From: a bacterium
GTDB taxonomy: Bacteria; SAR324; JACQKK01
Reading direction: 5' to 3'
Assembly: GCA_965240465.1 (NCBI GenBank)
Contig: OZ251219.1
Coordinates: forward strand, 928,001-992,000
Length of the DNA: 64,000 bases
Shown here: positions 30,885 through 41,036 of the stretch, piece after piece
How positions within the stretch are numbered: position 1 is the stretch's first letter
Layout of the letters: every line of letters starts with the position of its first letter
Program-made: the position numbers and the translations under genes
The notes under the pieces: generated by a model
Database searches by the model: none
What the model was told of the DNA's origin: nothing
Seen by the model: only the letters and a program-made list of their open reading frames with translations

Positions 30885-33395
30885 ATGGAAGATAGGGTCT
30901 CACATTCAGGGTTTGAAAGCCAGCCGAGCGGGGTGATTTATGAGGGGCGATTTGTAAGGGGAGTGTGGCTGGTGGGTTGGGGTTTTTTGTTATTGATATT
31001 ATTAGTGGTGGCATTGGCACCGTTATGGTCGGGGGAGGAATTCAGTTGGGGAGATTGGGAGGGCTGGGTGATAGGGTTGGTGTGGTTGTTGGGGATGTTG
31101 GTGTTAGCGGTGGGGGTAGGAGGGATTTCTTACTGGAGCAGGAATTACGCCTTACAGGAGTTGGTATTGGTGTCTTTGACTTTTAGTTTGGCACTGGTGT
31201 TGCTGGGAGTTTTAAGTCCGCTGATGGGAGCTTGGCCGGTAGTGATTTTGGGGCCATTTGCTTTTTTGCTCCATGATGTGTGGTTCAAGCAGGCGTATTT
31301 TTTATTGGTGGGGGTATTGGTGGGATTGGTGCCGCGGGTGGGGGCGTATTTTTTATTTCATTTATTGTGGGTTTGTTCTCAGGGATTATTGCATGGTTAT
31401 ATTTCACCTGGGTTGTTGTTGTTTGGTGGAGTTTCGGTATTTTTTATGGAGGCAGCTCTATTTTTATCGGGATTAACTAAGAGTTCTTTGGTAGTTGCTG
31501 GTGGGGGGATAAAGTTTGGTGGTGGAAGGATAGGGCGAGCTAGTTTGTCGTTGGGGGATATAGTTAGGATTGCTATTGCGGGGGCTTTAGCGATTGCTTT
31601 GGTGGTGTGGGTGAGTTTGCATTTGTGGAGTTGGTTGTATCGGCTGGAGTGGTCGTGGTGGTACATCGGGTTACAGATGGTTTCGGGTGCGATTAATGGG
31701 GGTTTGGGTTTGGGTTTGGGTTTATGGTTATCGGGTCGGTTGCAGGTTTTGCGTAGGGGTTGGCGAGTAGTGGGGCTGGGGAAATGTGTTCAGGTAGGTA
31801 GTTCAGCCGAGTTAGAGATGGGTTCTGTTTTCTCGGATGGTAGTCCGTCAAATATGGGCTTAGGCAGGGTAGGTTTAGCGGGGGGGAATTTAGGGGATCT
31901 AATAGTGGCGGAGGGGTTAAGTTTTAGCATTCCTCGGGGGGAGGTATTTAGCGGAGTGAGTTTGGTAGTGGGTAGAGGGGAATTGGTAGGTCTTAGTGGG
32001 ATAAGTGGCAGTGGGAAGAGTAGTTTATTGTGGCAGCTACAGGGATTATTGGCTAGTGGTGGGGGTAGGGTTTGGGGTCGTGAGGACAGGTGGGGTGAGT
32101 GTCGCTTATGGGAATGGTGGGGAGCAAAAAGATGGGCTAGGCATTGTGGCTTATTGTTTCAAGAGGTCCGCCCGCAATTGTTACGCAGTCGGGTATCAGA
32201 AGAGGTGGGTTTGGCAGCTCATTTGGGGGGATTTAGGGGTCGGCGGTGGGAGTGGGCGGTACGGGGGAGCTTGCTCCGATTTGGGCTAGCCAGTTTGTCA
32301 CAACGGCGAGTGGGCGATTTGAGCGGAGGTGAAATGCAGAGGTTAGCCTTGGCAGCTTTGTGGGTAGGACGGCATCGGGTATTATTATTGGACGAGCCGT
32401 TTTCGCATCAGGATGGTTATTGGCGTAGGCGGTTGGCAGCCGAGATTAAGCATCAAGTGAAGCGAGGATTGGGGGTATTGGTGGCTGAGCATCGGCGGCG
32501 GGTTTTGGGTGCTGGGGTGCGATGGATGCATTTATCAGGCGGAGTACTGGGTGAAGGGGAGTTTGCGGTAGATAATAATCAGGCAGTGAGGCGGGTAGGG
32601 AATAAGGAGGGCAAGCGGAAATTTATTCGGTCTAGCGGTAGGGATGGACTGAGGATTGATGATTTATGTTTTGGGCATGATGGTGGTCAGCGTTGGGGGC
32701 CTTTGAATGCTACCTTAGCGGAGGGAATGATGGTAGGGCTGGCGGGTGCCAATGGCTCGGGAAAGAGTAGTTTGCTAGAAGTATGTTTGGGGTTGCGAGG
32801 TCTATTGCGGGGGAGTGTGTACTTGGGGGGGAATGATGTTAGTAGGATGTCAGTGAGGTATCGGGCGAGGGTATTGGGCTGGTTGCCACAGGATACTGAT
32901 TTAGCCCTGGGCGAATTAACGGGTCGCTTGGAATTGCAGCGGGTACTGAGATTGGGAAAATGGCAGCTTGGGGGTCGGACGGGTATCAAGCACAGGGTGG
33001 ATGAGTGCTTGGAACGCTTGGATTTGAAAAATGTGGCGGACAAGCCGTTATTGTTATTGAGTGCGGGGGAGCGTCGTCGTTTGGCACTGGCGGCTGCTAT
33101 GGTGCATGGGCCGCGGGTATTGCTCTTGGATGAACCACTGGCAGGAGCTAGCTTGAGTGAAGCAAATAATTTACTGGACTGCTTACGTCAGGCGGTCAGG
33201 GAAGGATGGGTGGGCTGTGTTCTACTGGCTACTCATGATAAAGACTTGTTGCAACCACAAATTGATGGCTGGTGGGTACTTTGGAATCGTACTGGACGCC
33301 TCAATAAAAAATTGGCTACCACCCATCAGCACAAGAACATGGTCTGCGGTCGGCTGCGAGTAGTGAATCTAAACACAGGAGAGAACAGAGTATGA
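30885..33395 (+). CDS. ECF-type transporter fusion: membrane (S-component-like) domain plus two ABC ATPase domains
   Basis: About 290 aa of TM helices; GISGSGKSS/LSGGEMQR/LLLDEP; GANGSGKSS/LSAGERRR/LLLDEP; followed by an EcfT-like gene. Confidence 0.78.
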   Translation: MEDRVSHSGFESQPSGVIYEGRFVRGVWLVGWGFLLLILLVVALAPLWSGEEFSWGDWEGWVIGLVWLLGMLVLAVGVGGISYWSRNYALQELVLVSLTFSLALVLLGVLSPLMGAWPVVILGPFAFLLHDVWFKQAYFLLVGVLVGLVPRVGAYFLFHLLWVCSQGLLHGYISPGLLLFGGVSVFFMEAALFLSGLTKSSLVVAGGGIKFGGGRIGRASLSLGDIVRIAIAGALAIALVVWVSLHLWSWLYRLEWSWWYIGLQMVSGAINGGLGLGLGLWLSGRLQVLRRGWRVVGLGKCVQVGSSAELEMGSVFSDGSPSNMGLGRVGLAGGNLGDLIVAEGLSFSIPRGEVFSGVSLVVGRGELVGLSGISGSGKSSLLWQLQGLLASGGGRVWGREDRWGECRLWEWWGAKRWARHCGLLFQEVRPQLLRSRVSEEVGLAAHLGGFRGRRWEWAVRGSLLRFGLASLSQRRVGDLSGGEMQRLALAALWVGRHRVLLLDEPFSHQDGYWRRRLAAEIKHQVKRGLGVLVAEHRRRVLGAGVRWMHLSGGVLGEGEFAVDNNQAVRRVGNKEGKRKFIRSSGRDGLRIDDLCFGHDGGQRWGPLNATLAEGMMVGLAGANGSGKSSLLEVCLGLRGLLRGSVYLGGNDVSRMSVRYRARVLGWLPQDTDLALGELTGRLELQRVLRLGKWQLGGRTGIKHRVDECLERLDLKNVADKPLLLLSAGERRRLALAAAMVHGPRVLLLDEPLAGASLSEANNLLDCLRQAVREGWVGCVLLATHDKDLLQPQIDGWWVLWNRTGRLNKKLATTHQHKNMVCGRLRVVNLNTGENRV

Positions 33396-34234
33396 GTACC
33401 ACTAGCACTGACACGGTAACCACGGGATTTCCTCCTCAGGGGGCCTTGGTATGGATGATGTTAGCTTCTGTGTGGGTACTGTTGGTGACTAATTGGGGCT
33501 GGTTGTTGGGAGTGTTGGGGTTATCTTTTTTGTGGGGTTGGTTGCGAGCGTCTATCAAGCAACGTTGGTGGCTGGCAGGGGCTTGTCTTTTAACCACTTG
33601 GAGTTTTGTACTTTCTCAAGGATTGTTTTATCGGGCGGAAGAACTTTCACCGCTATTAGAGCTGCCTTGGCTGGGTGAGGCACAATTGGTGCTATCACAA
33701 GAGGGGGTAGGACACGGTCTTAAGCAGTCGCTCCGCTGGAATGCCCTTTTGCTGCTGGCTGCAGGACTATTGGTACGTTATCATCCTGATAGCCTAGCCA
33801 CAGGATTCCAACAATTGGGACTACCTACCCAAGTAGCTTTCTTATTCTCACTCGCATTGCAATACTTGCCCTGGATAGCCGCAGATACTCTGGCAGTCCT
33901 ACGCATCGCCCGCCTGAGAGGTTGTCAACGCTGGCAGTGGATTGTCATCATGCCCTCTCTCATTCGTTCCCTGATGGCAGCCAATATGAGAAGAGCTGAT
34001 ACCATCACCCTCGCCATGCTCGCCAAAGGACTAACCTCCTTCTCACTCCCTAATTCATGCTCCCCAACTTCTTCCAAACTCTCAGCAACACACAAAATAC
34101 TCCTCTGCAGTACCTCAATACTGGTCACATCCGTAATCGCACTCCGAATGCTACAAACCCTGCTGGAAAGAAAATATCTCAACCCGTCTGAAACCCTCTC
34201 ACTCATTACCTCCTGGCTTGATAAATGGCTCTAA
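33392..34234 (+). CDS. Energy-coupling factor transmembrane component T (EcfT/CbiQ family)
   Basis: TM helices, SLALQYLP, ARLRG and AMLAKG coupling-helix motifs; ATGA overlap with the upstream gene. Confidence 0.8.
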   Translation: MSTTSTDTVTTGFPPQGALVWMMLASVWVLLVTNWGWLLGVLGLSFLWGWLRASIKQRWWLAGACLLTTWSFVLSQGLFYRAEELSPLLELPWLGEAQLVLSQEGVGHGLKQSLRWNALLLLAAGLLVRYHPDSLATGFQQLGLPTQVAFLFSLALQYLPWIAADTLAVLRIARLRGCQRWQWIVIMPSLIRSLMAANMRRADTITLAMLAKGLTSFSLPNSCSPTSSKLSATHKILLCSTSILVTSVIALRMLQTLLERKYLNPSETLSLITSWLDKWL

Positions 34235-34248
34235 TCCCAACCTTAAAA

Positions 34249-35061
34249 TCAATTTGATGTTCCAGATCCGTGGGTATTTATTGACCGTGCAAATTCATCT
34301 ATCATTGGTCTCAGGGTTTTACCTACTCGCTCAAAGCAATCCAGCACTTCTTTGTAGACGGGCTGCTCTAAAGCAAGAAAATTCCAAAAATCTTCTCCCA
34401 CTAATAATTGCTCGTCGCTAAACATGCTCTTTGTAGTCCATCTTTTATAGGGGTCAGGATGGTAAGGATTGTAAGGGATCGCTAAACCAGAAAATGTTTT
34501 TGGCTGCTTTAAGGAAGATGATCCAGCATAATAGCTGGCAATCCACTTTAACGTGTTATGCTTAAGTTTCTCAAATTGATCTATGCTAGGCTTGGCGGTC
34601 TTGATATCCAAAAAATAGGTCTTGTTGTTTCTGTCAACTAGAAATAAATCCACTTTTCTAAGTTTTTTTTTAATTTGAGCTCCTTTATTTCTATTTTTCC
34701 ATAAAGCTTGACATTCTCTTTCTAAATCAGGTTCTTCTTTCTGTTTTTCTAAGTTATTCATAATAACAGTGATTGTTTCCTCGGATTCTTTGCGGATTAC
34801 GGGAGACAGTGTGTGAGAGCATTCAACTCGTTTAAAAAAGGGAAGAGCCACTTGCTTGGCAATTTGTTCAAAAATAGACGTTCCCATCATGGTGTTAACA
34901 GAGTGAATAAATGAAAATAACTTCATACTGTCTTTTCCTATGATGCGATGATGGAATGGCATAATTTTGGTTTCTGGATTGTAATTTTTCAGTTTTTTTT
35001 CTACTGCCTGAATAATGATCTCTTCTATTTTATTCTGTTGCGATTTTACTAGGATGGTCAT
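34249..35061 (-). CDS. Type II restriction endonuclease, TdeIII-like
   Basis: MPFHHRIIG..SFIHSVNT.MGTSIFEQ, VDLF...DIKTAKP, AIPYNPYHP, GEDFWNFL; directly downstream of an MTase. Confidence 0.8.
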   Translation of the reverse strand: MTILVKSQQNKIEEIIIQAVEKKLKNYNPETKIMPFHHRIIGKDSMKLFSFIHSVNTMMGTSIFEQIAKQVALPFFKRVECSHTLSPVIRKESEETITVIMNNLEKQKEEPDLERECQALWKNRNKGAQIKKKLRKVDLFLVDRNNKTYFLDIKTAKPSIDQFEKLKHNTLKWIASYYAGSSSLKQPKTFSGLAIPYNPYHPDPYKRWTTKSMFSDEQLLVGEDFWNFLALEQPVYKEVLDCFERVGKTLRPMIDEFARSINTHGSGTSN

Positions 35062-35068
35062 CTTTTTA

Positions 35069-36679
35069 TTATTCCGATTGGAGGTGAAAGATGGTCTCGC
35101 TGTAAGCAGATTTATCTCCTTCGGCACGATTCAAAACTGGTCGCTGGTATCGGTTAACGATGTGCATTCTAGCCCGTTCGGCGATGGATGGATATAGCTG
35201 ATAATAATCATTGGCGACTAAGAATACGTGGTGATTTTTTATCATGAAGCGTTTGCAATTTTGTAACACCTTGGCGATGTCCTCCACGTATTTTTCTCGG
35301 GCTTGGCGTGAGCGACCGCCGCTCATGGGCCCGATTTCATCTTTATCACGACGAGAAAAGCCAAACATTTCATAAGCGTAGGCATGCTGCTGGTGATAAT
35401 CAATCATGCCTACATATGGAGGTGAAGAAAATATTCCCTTGATGGGCTTTGATGAGAGTTTGCTTTTTGATAGGCATTCTATCACATTGATGTTGCGTGA
35501 ATCGCCAACAAAGCATTTTTGTATGGTATCGGTACGCAGGCGGGAAAAAGTTTCTAAGCGTTTAATGGTGTCTTCAGCATAGCGATTCCACCATCTATTG
35601 ATGGAAAACAAAGGGTGGCACAACTTGCCATGCTTGCGACAATAGTAAGGCTTGGTGACTGGTTTATTCAAGGTGGCTAGGTCACGGTGGGTGGTTGCTC
35701 TACAAGAACGCAGTGTCCGACTCAAGATTAGCCTTAGCATGTCTCTTATACTAGTGGTGGAGTTGTGGTTAATTTCCTGTATGGCTACCTTTATTTGCTT
35801 TCTGACGCTGGGCAAGCACCAGATATCCAAGAATGATTCACTAGCAGGTGCATAGGGGGGGATGAGGTGTTTTTTCTTGAGGGCATCAAAGCGGGGAAGT
35901 AATTTTTCTAGCTGCTCACTTGAGTATTCAAGGTCTCGGAAAGATCTGTCAGCAAGTTTCTTGCGAAATTGTGGAGAAGGAAAGCATTTTTCATTAACAG
36001 CACTCATCATTTCTGAAAGCTCGGCCTCAAATGCAATGGGAGTCAAGGGAGCAATCACTCGGGCAACCCTAGCCGCCTCTCGCTGTAACTGCGAACCAGA
36101 AATTTCTGTTAGTTTTAGGTTAGCGATCAAGGCATTGAACTCAGAAATTTCTACTCCTAATGCATGCAAACCTATCTCGTTGGCAGCTACCAGAGTAGTG
36201 CCGCTACCGCAAAAAGGATCAAGCACTAAATCGCCACGCCGAAATACAGCCTCTTTCTTGGTATCATCGGTATGCTCATCAAGAAAATATTCTACCAGTT
36301 GAGGAATGAATTTTCCCTTGTATGGATGCAGACGATGCACATGCTTTGTGGTTTGTGTCTCCTTGTATTGAGAAAAAGACAGGGGCTGCAGGGGAAAACT
36401 TTCTTTTCTGGCATAGTAAGCAGATAATTGGTCGGTACGCACAAGCACTCTTTTCTGCTGTTCTATTTTATCTATCAAGCCGTAGGAAATTAGGTAGCTA
36501 ATGTTGGAAGAAGTAATGTCCTTGTCTAAGAGTTTGCTAGCCCATTGACTAGCTTGCTGGATGGTCAGCGTTTGTTCAGCTTGTGACAAGGGTTTTGGTG
36601 ACCCCGCATGGTCTGAATCCAATCCCCTTTTAGAAATAGTATCTTCTACATTTGCTATATCTTGAGGAACCATTTTCAT
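35069..36679 (-). CDS. DNA methyltransferase, probably N4-cytosine (alpha order), with N-terminal HTH-like segment
   Basis: HPYKGKFIPQLV, VLDPFCGSGTT, SSPPY. Confidence 0.88.
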   Translation of the reverse strand: MKMVPQDIANVEDTISKRGLDSDHAGSPKPLSQAEQTLTIQQASQWASKLLDKDITSSNISYLISYGLIDKIEQQKRVLVRTDQLSAYYARKESFPLQPLSFSQYKETQTTKHVHRLHPYKGKFIPQLVEYFLDEHTDDTKKEAVFRRGDLVLDPFCGSGTTLVAANEIGLHALGVEISEFNALIANLKLTEISGSQLQREAARVARVIAPLTPIAFEAELSEMMSAVNEKCFPSPQFRKKLADRSFRDLEYSSEQLEKLLPRFDALKKKHLIPPYAPASESFLDIWCLPSVRKQIKVAIQEINHNSTTSIRDMLRLILSRTLRSCRATTHRDLATLNKPVTKPYYCRKHGKLCHPLFSINRWWNRYAEDTIKRLETFSRLRTDTIQKCFVGDSRNINVIECLSKSKLSSKPIKGIFSSPPYVGMIDYHQQHAYAYEMFGFSRRDKDEIGPMSGGRSRQAREKYVEDIAKVLQNCKRFMIKNHHVFLVANDYYQLYPSIAERARMHIVNRYQRPVLNRAEGDKSAYSETIFHLQSE

Positions 36680-36816
36680 TACAAAAGCCTCCTTGCTTTA
36701 AGAAAAAGTGTTTGCTAAACATCAAACAGTCGCTACGTTTTTCTATCTGCTTATAGCTGTGAGCGTCAATCTTATTAAGCATGCTTTTAAGCTAGGGTAC
36801 TCTTCATTAAAGCAAA

Positions 36817-37776
36817 TTGGTAAGGCTAATGACAGACAAACGTCAACTGGGGCAATTCTTTACCAAGGGAAACCCGTTTGAACTCAAACCATTTATCGCG
36901 TGGGCTAAAACTGCGGGCTTGCAAAAGGCTACGATACTAGAACCATTTGCAGGTGCTAATCACATCATAAAATCGCTTATAAGGACAGAGCAATGCAGAG
37001 AGTTTGCATCCTACGATGTAGCCCCCAAAGATAAAGGCGTTAAACGCAAAGATACCATAAAGCACTTCCCCAAAGGCTATAACGTGTGCATAACAAACCC
37101 GCCCTGGTTAGCCCGTAATTCAGCCACACGGCGAGGACTTGATTATCCTAATACCGAATATGATGATCTGTATAAGCACTGCTTAAAACTATGCCTTGAT
37201 AACTGCAAGTATGTAGCCGCACTTATCCCTGCTAGCTATTTGCAAAGCAGGCTATTCAGGGAGAGACTGCAAAGCTATATCTTACTGCACGATACCATCT
37301 TTGATGATACCGAAAACCCTGTCTGCCTAGCACTCTTTACTGAGGAACCTTGCAACACAACCGCAATATATTATGACAATAACTACATAGATAATCTGGC
37401 AGAATTGGCAAGCTATATGCCGAACAAGTTGGAAATCCATATTCCAGAAAAGTGTGGAAGCAATGCGTTGAGATTTAATGACCCGCACGGCGAACTAGGA
37501 TTCATATCATTTGACAACACCAAGCAGCCATCAATTCGTTTCTGTGAGGTAGAGGAGATAGCCGAATACGCCATTAAAGGCACATCGCGTTTTATTACTC
37601 GTATTGGTGGGGAATTTTCCAACCTACCGAAAACAATAAAACTGCTTAACAAAAAACTTAACGAATTCAGAAAAGATACACACGATATATTTCTCACCCC
37701 ATTCAAAGGACTTCGCCAAGACGGACAGTACCGTCGGCGAATGGAATATACTCTGGCACGGAGGCTTATCAATTAA
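36817..37776 (+). CDS. Putative amino-DNA methyltransferase (gamma order), orphan
   Basis: LGQFFT, ILEPFAG, ITNPPW. Confidence 0.72.
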   Translation: MVRLMTDKRQLGQFFTKGNPFELKPFIAWAKTAGLQKATILEPFAGANHIIKSLIRTEQCREFASYDVAPKDKGVKRKDTIKHFPKGYNVCITNPPWLARNSATRRGLDYPNTEYDDLYKHCLKLCLDNCKYVAALIPASYLQSRLFRERLQSYILLHDTIFDDTENPVCLALFTEEPCNTTAIYYDNNYIDNLAELASYMPNKLEIHIPEKCGSNALRFNDPHGELGFISFDNTKQPSIRFCEVEEIAEYAIKGTSRFITRIGGEFSNLPKTIKLLNKKLNEFRKDTHDIFLTPFKGLRQDGQYRRRMEYTLARRLIN

Positions 37777-37813
37777 ATACCTAGGAAAATATCAGAAAGT
37801 ATACCGTGCCAAC

Positions 37814-38377
37814 ATGGATCACACCGCAGAAAATGCCAAGCAGGGCAAACTAGATACAGTTATTAAAACAAGCCTTGTTGCAGCTTTGCTGACGTATTTT
37901 GCTTTAGCGGGTATAAACATTCTTAAGCATCAGCCATCAAGCTCCAAGTTGCGATCTGAATTGAGGGCTGAACTCAAAGCTTCTTTGTCCTCTGCTACCG
38001 CCCCGCGACCAGTTGCTAAACCAGTTAAGCAGACCGCTCCTCAGCTGTTCCAGCCAGCACCAAGCTCTACTCCTGCCAAACCACTGGTACGCAAAAGACA
38101 GCTGGATGAAGGATTCAAGATACTAGCTGCAATAATCCCGCACTACCCGCCCGGAGCACGCTGGTGGAATAAATCTGGCTGGGTAGACCTAGAACTGCTG
38201 GTCGGTACTGATGGCAAAGTAAAGCAAATTAAACTACTGGATGAAAGTGAGTCCCTCGGTTTTGGCGAAGCAGCCCTAGCTGCTTGGAATAAGGCACGTT
38301 TTACGGCTCCCACCGTGCTAGGAAAACCAGTTCGGGTCCGCTGGCGACAGAGGGTCTATTTTCGTCATGATAAATGA
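37814..38377 (+). CDS. TonB family energy transducer
   Basis: N-terminal TM, Pro-rich linker, PHYPPGA...GWVDLELLVGTDGKV, FGEAALAA. Confidence 0.88.
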   Translation: MDHTAENAKQGKLDTVIKTSLVAALLTYFALAGINILKHQPSSSKLRSELRAELKASLSSATAPRPVAKPVKQTAPQLFQPAPSSTPAKPLVRKRQLDEGFKILAAIIPHYPPGARWWNKSGWVDLELLVGTDGKVKQIKLLDESESLGFGEAALAAWNKARFTAPTVLGKPVRVRWRQRVYFRHDK

Positions 38378-40553
38378 GCGGGAACTCTCCAACCTGCCCA
38401 GGCAAAAACAACCAGCTTGGATATCCAAAAATGCCTCGCCAAAATCTAGTGCATATAAAACAACCTGTGGAATAATCTTGGGTTGTTATCTTTGCCTGTT
38501 CTTATCCAGCGTGTGGGCACAAACAAAACAGGCTAAACCAGAAATAAATCCAACTGAAGAACTAAAGATTGAATCAGCTACTAAATCAGCAGCTAATCTA
38601 GCGGCAGATTCAGAGGTAGAATCAGCCCCAGAATCAGCCCCAGATACAGACCCCAGCCTGCCACCAGAGGTTCTAGTGGAAGCCCCGCCTCAATTGGTTC
38701 GTCCTCGGGGATCACCGCCGATCTGGGGTAGTGATTTTTATGCAGGATCGCGTAGTGTGCTGGAGGTAGACGGGGGAGAGTTATCAGACACCTTGGAGCA
38801 AGCCCCCGGGATTTTGGTAGAGCGTTCAGGAGGGGTACTTTCGCCATCTAGGTTGAGCATTCGGGGTGGTCGCTCGGGGCAAGTACTTGTGCTTTGGGAT
38901 GATGAACTTCTCAATGAGGAACAGCCTCATCCGTCCGTAGTGCTAGGAGAAGATGGAGTAGATTTGAATCGCATTCCCGCAGAGTGGGTGGACTCAGTGG
39001 AGGTAGTCCGAGGAGCCGCGGGGGCGTTATCTGGCTCAGGGATAGGAGGAGTATCGGGGTTGGTGCGATTGCGTTCTAAGCCTCGGTCGGGTTGGGGTTT
39101 CCAAACTACTAAGGGTGAAAATATGGAGGCATGGCAGCTATATGGTAGTACTGCACCCTCAGGACAACAGCTGGCAGTGGTGCTTAATTATCGCCAGAGC
39201 GATGAGGAATACATCTACTACGATGCCCGCCATGCAGCCGGTCAGCGGGGAAATCTCTGTGCTAAAAAACTGGATGGAAATTACTACTTGCGTCGTTGTC
39301 AGCAGAGACGTTTCATCCACAGCCGTTTTGATTGGTCGGCTCCTAATTGGAAACAGCGGTTTGAATGGGATGAAGAAACCCAATCAGGATTAGGAGGAAT
39401 AGCAGACCCCAAACCATATGGATTAAAGCGAGTACGCCGTTGGAAAATTGGTCATCAACAGCAAATATTAGGCTGGAACTGGAATGCTTCCCTTAACTCC
39501 CTGCAAGGAGAACGCGATGAAAATACTCAACTATCTCATCCTGATACAGAAAACCACTGGCAAAATAACAAACTACGCCTGAATACCAAACACCAGTGGC
39601 AACACTTGCCATACCAACTACTCTTGGAGGTAGGCATCAGCCAACAACAACTGCGTGATAAAAAACTAAACGCCCAACGCCAAATTCAATTCGTGCGTCT
39701 GCATACCGAATACCGCAGTCCTCGGGCAACCAGCGAATTATCTCTTAGGCACGACCAACTTGAAGATCAGCAATCCGAAATCACATCAGCTGCTCCAATA
39801 AGACCGCAACAATTATCCAGCACCAGCTGGAGAGCTGCCTCTTCGCTAAAATTTTTTTCTCACGGGGGAATAAAATTTAGTCTGGGTCAAGCTCATCAAC
39901 CACCAGCACTCTATCAACTCTATGACCCCAGCCTGTCACCCGCAGAAAGCCTAGCCAACCCTCTGCTGAAACCAGAGCATTCTTCCTCGCAAGACCTAGG
40001 CCTGTTCTTGCAGTATAATCCACACCTCTATGCCGAATGGATCGCCTTCCAACAAACCATCCGCGATAACATCATCCCCATCGCTAAAGAGGAAAACCCA
40101 ATCCAATTCCGCTTTGAAAACATCCACCAAGTACGCTCCACAGGATCCGAAACCCTACTGGGATGGAGAATCCGTCACACCTACCTAGATGCTTCACTGA
40201 CGAAACTTAAAGCCATCATCCAGAAAAATAACGCCAATGACCCTCGCTACAACGGCAACTTCGTTCCCCAACAACCACAAAAACAACTCAACTTCCGTCT
40301 GGGTAATAAACTTCCCCGCTGGCAAACCGAAATCCGTAGCCGACAAACTAGCCGTCGCTATCTAAACCCTGCCAATACCCGCTTCCTAGTACCATATCGC
40401 CTATACCACCTCCACCTGAGCTTCAAACCTACTCCCTCCTGGAAAATCTCACTCAATATCCGCAACCTCACCAACATAACCTACGCCGAAAGAGAAAACT
40501 ACCCGCCACCAGGAAGACAATGGTTCCTCAACCTCTCATTCCAAAAACCTTAA
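38367..40553 (+). CDS. TonB-dependent receptor (BtuB-like)
   Basis: LEQAPGI, SIRGG..QVLVLWD, VEVVRG, NLTN..Y, PGRQWFL. Confidence 0.88.
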   Translation: MINERELSNLPRQKQPAWISKNASPKSSAYKTTCGIILGCYLCLFLSSVWAQTKQAKPEINPTEELKIESATKSAANLAADSEVESAPESAPDTDPSLPPEVLVEAPPQLVRPRGSPPIWGSDFYAGSRSVLEVDGGELSDTLEQAPGILVERSGGVLSPSRLSIRGGRSGQVLVLWDDELLNEEQPHPSVVLGEDGVDLNRIPAEWVDSVEVVRGAAGALSGSGIGGVSGLVRLRSKPRSGWGFQTTKGENMEAWQLYGSTAPSGQQLAVVLNYRQSDEEYIYYDARHAAGQRGNLCAKKLDGNYYLRRCQQRRFIHSRFDWSAPNWKQRFEWDEETQSGLGGIADPKPYGLKRVRRWKIGHQQQILGWNWNASLNSLQGERDENTQLSHPDTENHWQNNKLRLNTKHQWQHLPYQLLLEVGISQQQLRDKKLNAQRQIQFVRLHTEYRSPRATSELSLRHDQLEDQQSEITSAAPIRPQQLSSTSWRAASSLKFFSHGGIKFSLGQAHQPPALYQLYDPSLSPAESLANPLLKPEHSSSQDLGLFLQYNPHLYAEWIAFQQTIRDNIIPIAKEENPIQFRFENIHQVRSTGSETLLGWRIRHTYLDASLTKLKAIIQKNNANDPRYNGNFVPQQPQKQLNFRLGNKLPRWQTEIRSRQTSRRYLNPANTRFLVPYRLYHLHLSFKPTPSWKISLNIRNLTNITYAERENYPPPGRQWFLNLSFQKP

Positions 40554-40583
40554 TGATAATCACTAGGGATATTCTATTCTCCT

Positions 40584-40612
40584 AAAAGGTGCCTCTAAAA
40601 GGCATCTTTTTT
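40584..40612 (+). terminator. Probable intrinsic terminator after the TBDR
   Basis: AAAAGGTGCCT-CTAAA-AGGCATCTTTT hairpin with a T tract. Confidence 0.7.
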
Positions 40613-40687
40613 GACAGGATGGAGTTTGTATGTTTGTTAAATCTGGTACCATGAAAATATTTAACCTTGATTTTTCACCTTAAAAAA

Positions 40688-40976
40688 AGATAAGAGAGAA
40701 GAAGCTAGGAGGAAAGAAGATATGAGAGAAGAAGCTAGGAGGAAAGAAACCAGGAGGAAAGAAGGTATGAGGGAAGATATGAGGAAAGAAGATAGGAGGG
40801 AAGATATGAGGAAATCAGATAATAGAAAAGAAGATAGGAGGGGAGATATGAGTAAATCAGATAATAGAAAAGAAGATAGGAGGGGAGATATGAGTAAATC
40901 AGATAATAGAAAAGAAGATAGGAGAAAATTAAATATGAGAAAAGAAAATAGAAGAAAAGGGGAGAAAAGCAGATAA
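40688..40976. repeat. Purine-rich mosaic repeat upstream of efp, including 42-bp units about x3
   Basis: GATATGAGTAAATCAGATAATAGAAAAGAAGATAGGAGGGGA and related shorter AAGAAG/AGGAGG modules. Confidence 0.85.
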
Positions 40977-41036
40977 GAAATTATCCTGTGTCTCTGGTTG
41001 GGGTTGTTTGTCATTGATATGTAGGAAAAATAAACG

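Noticed and set aside
21950-37795. Target-site duplications or att sites around the RM insertions (AAATACCT after two RM genes)
   Set aside because: Too short and AT-rich to distinguish from chance; no integrase or transposase in the window
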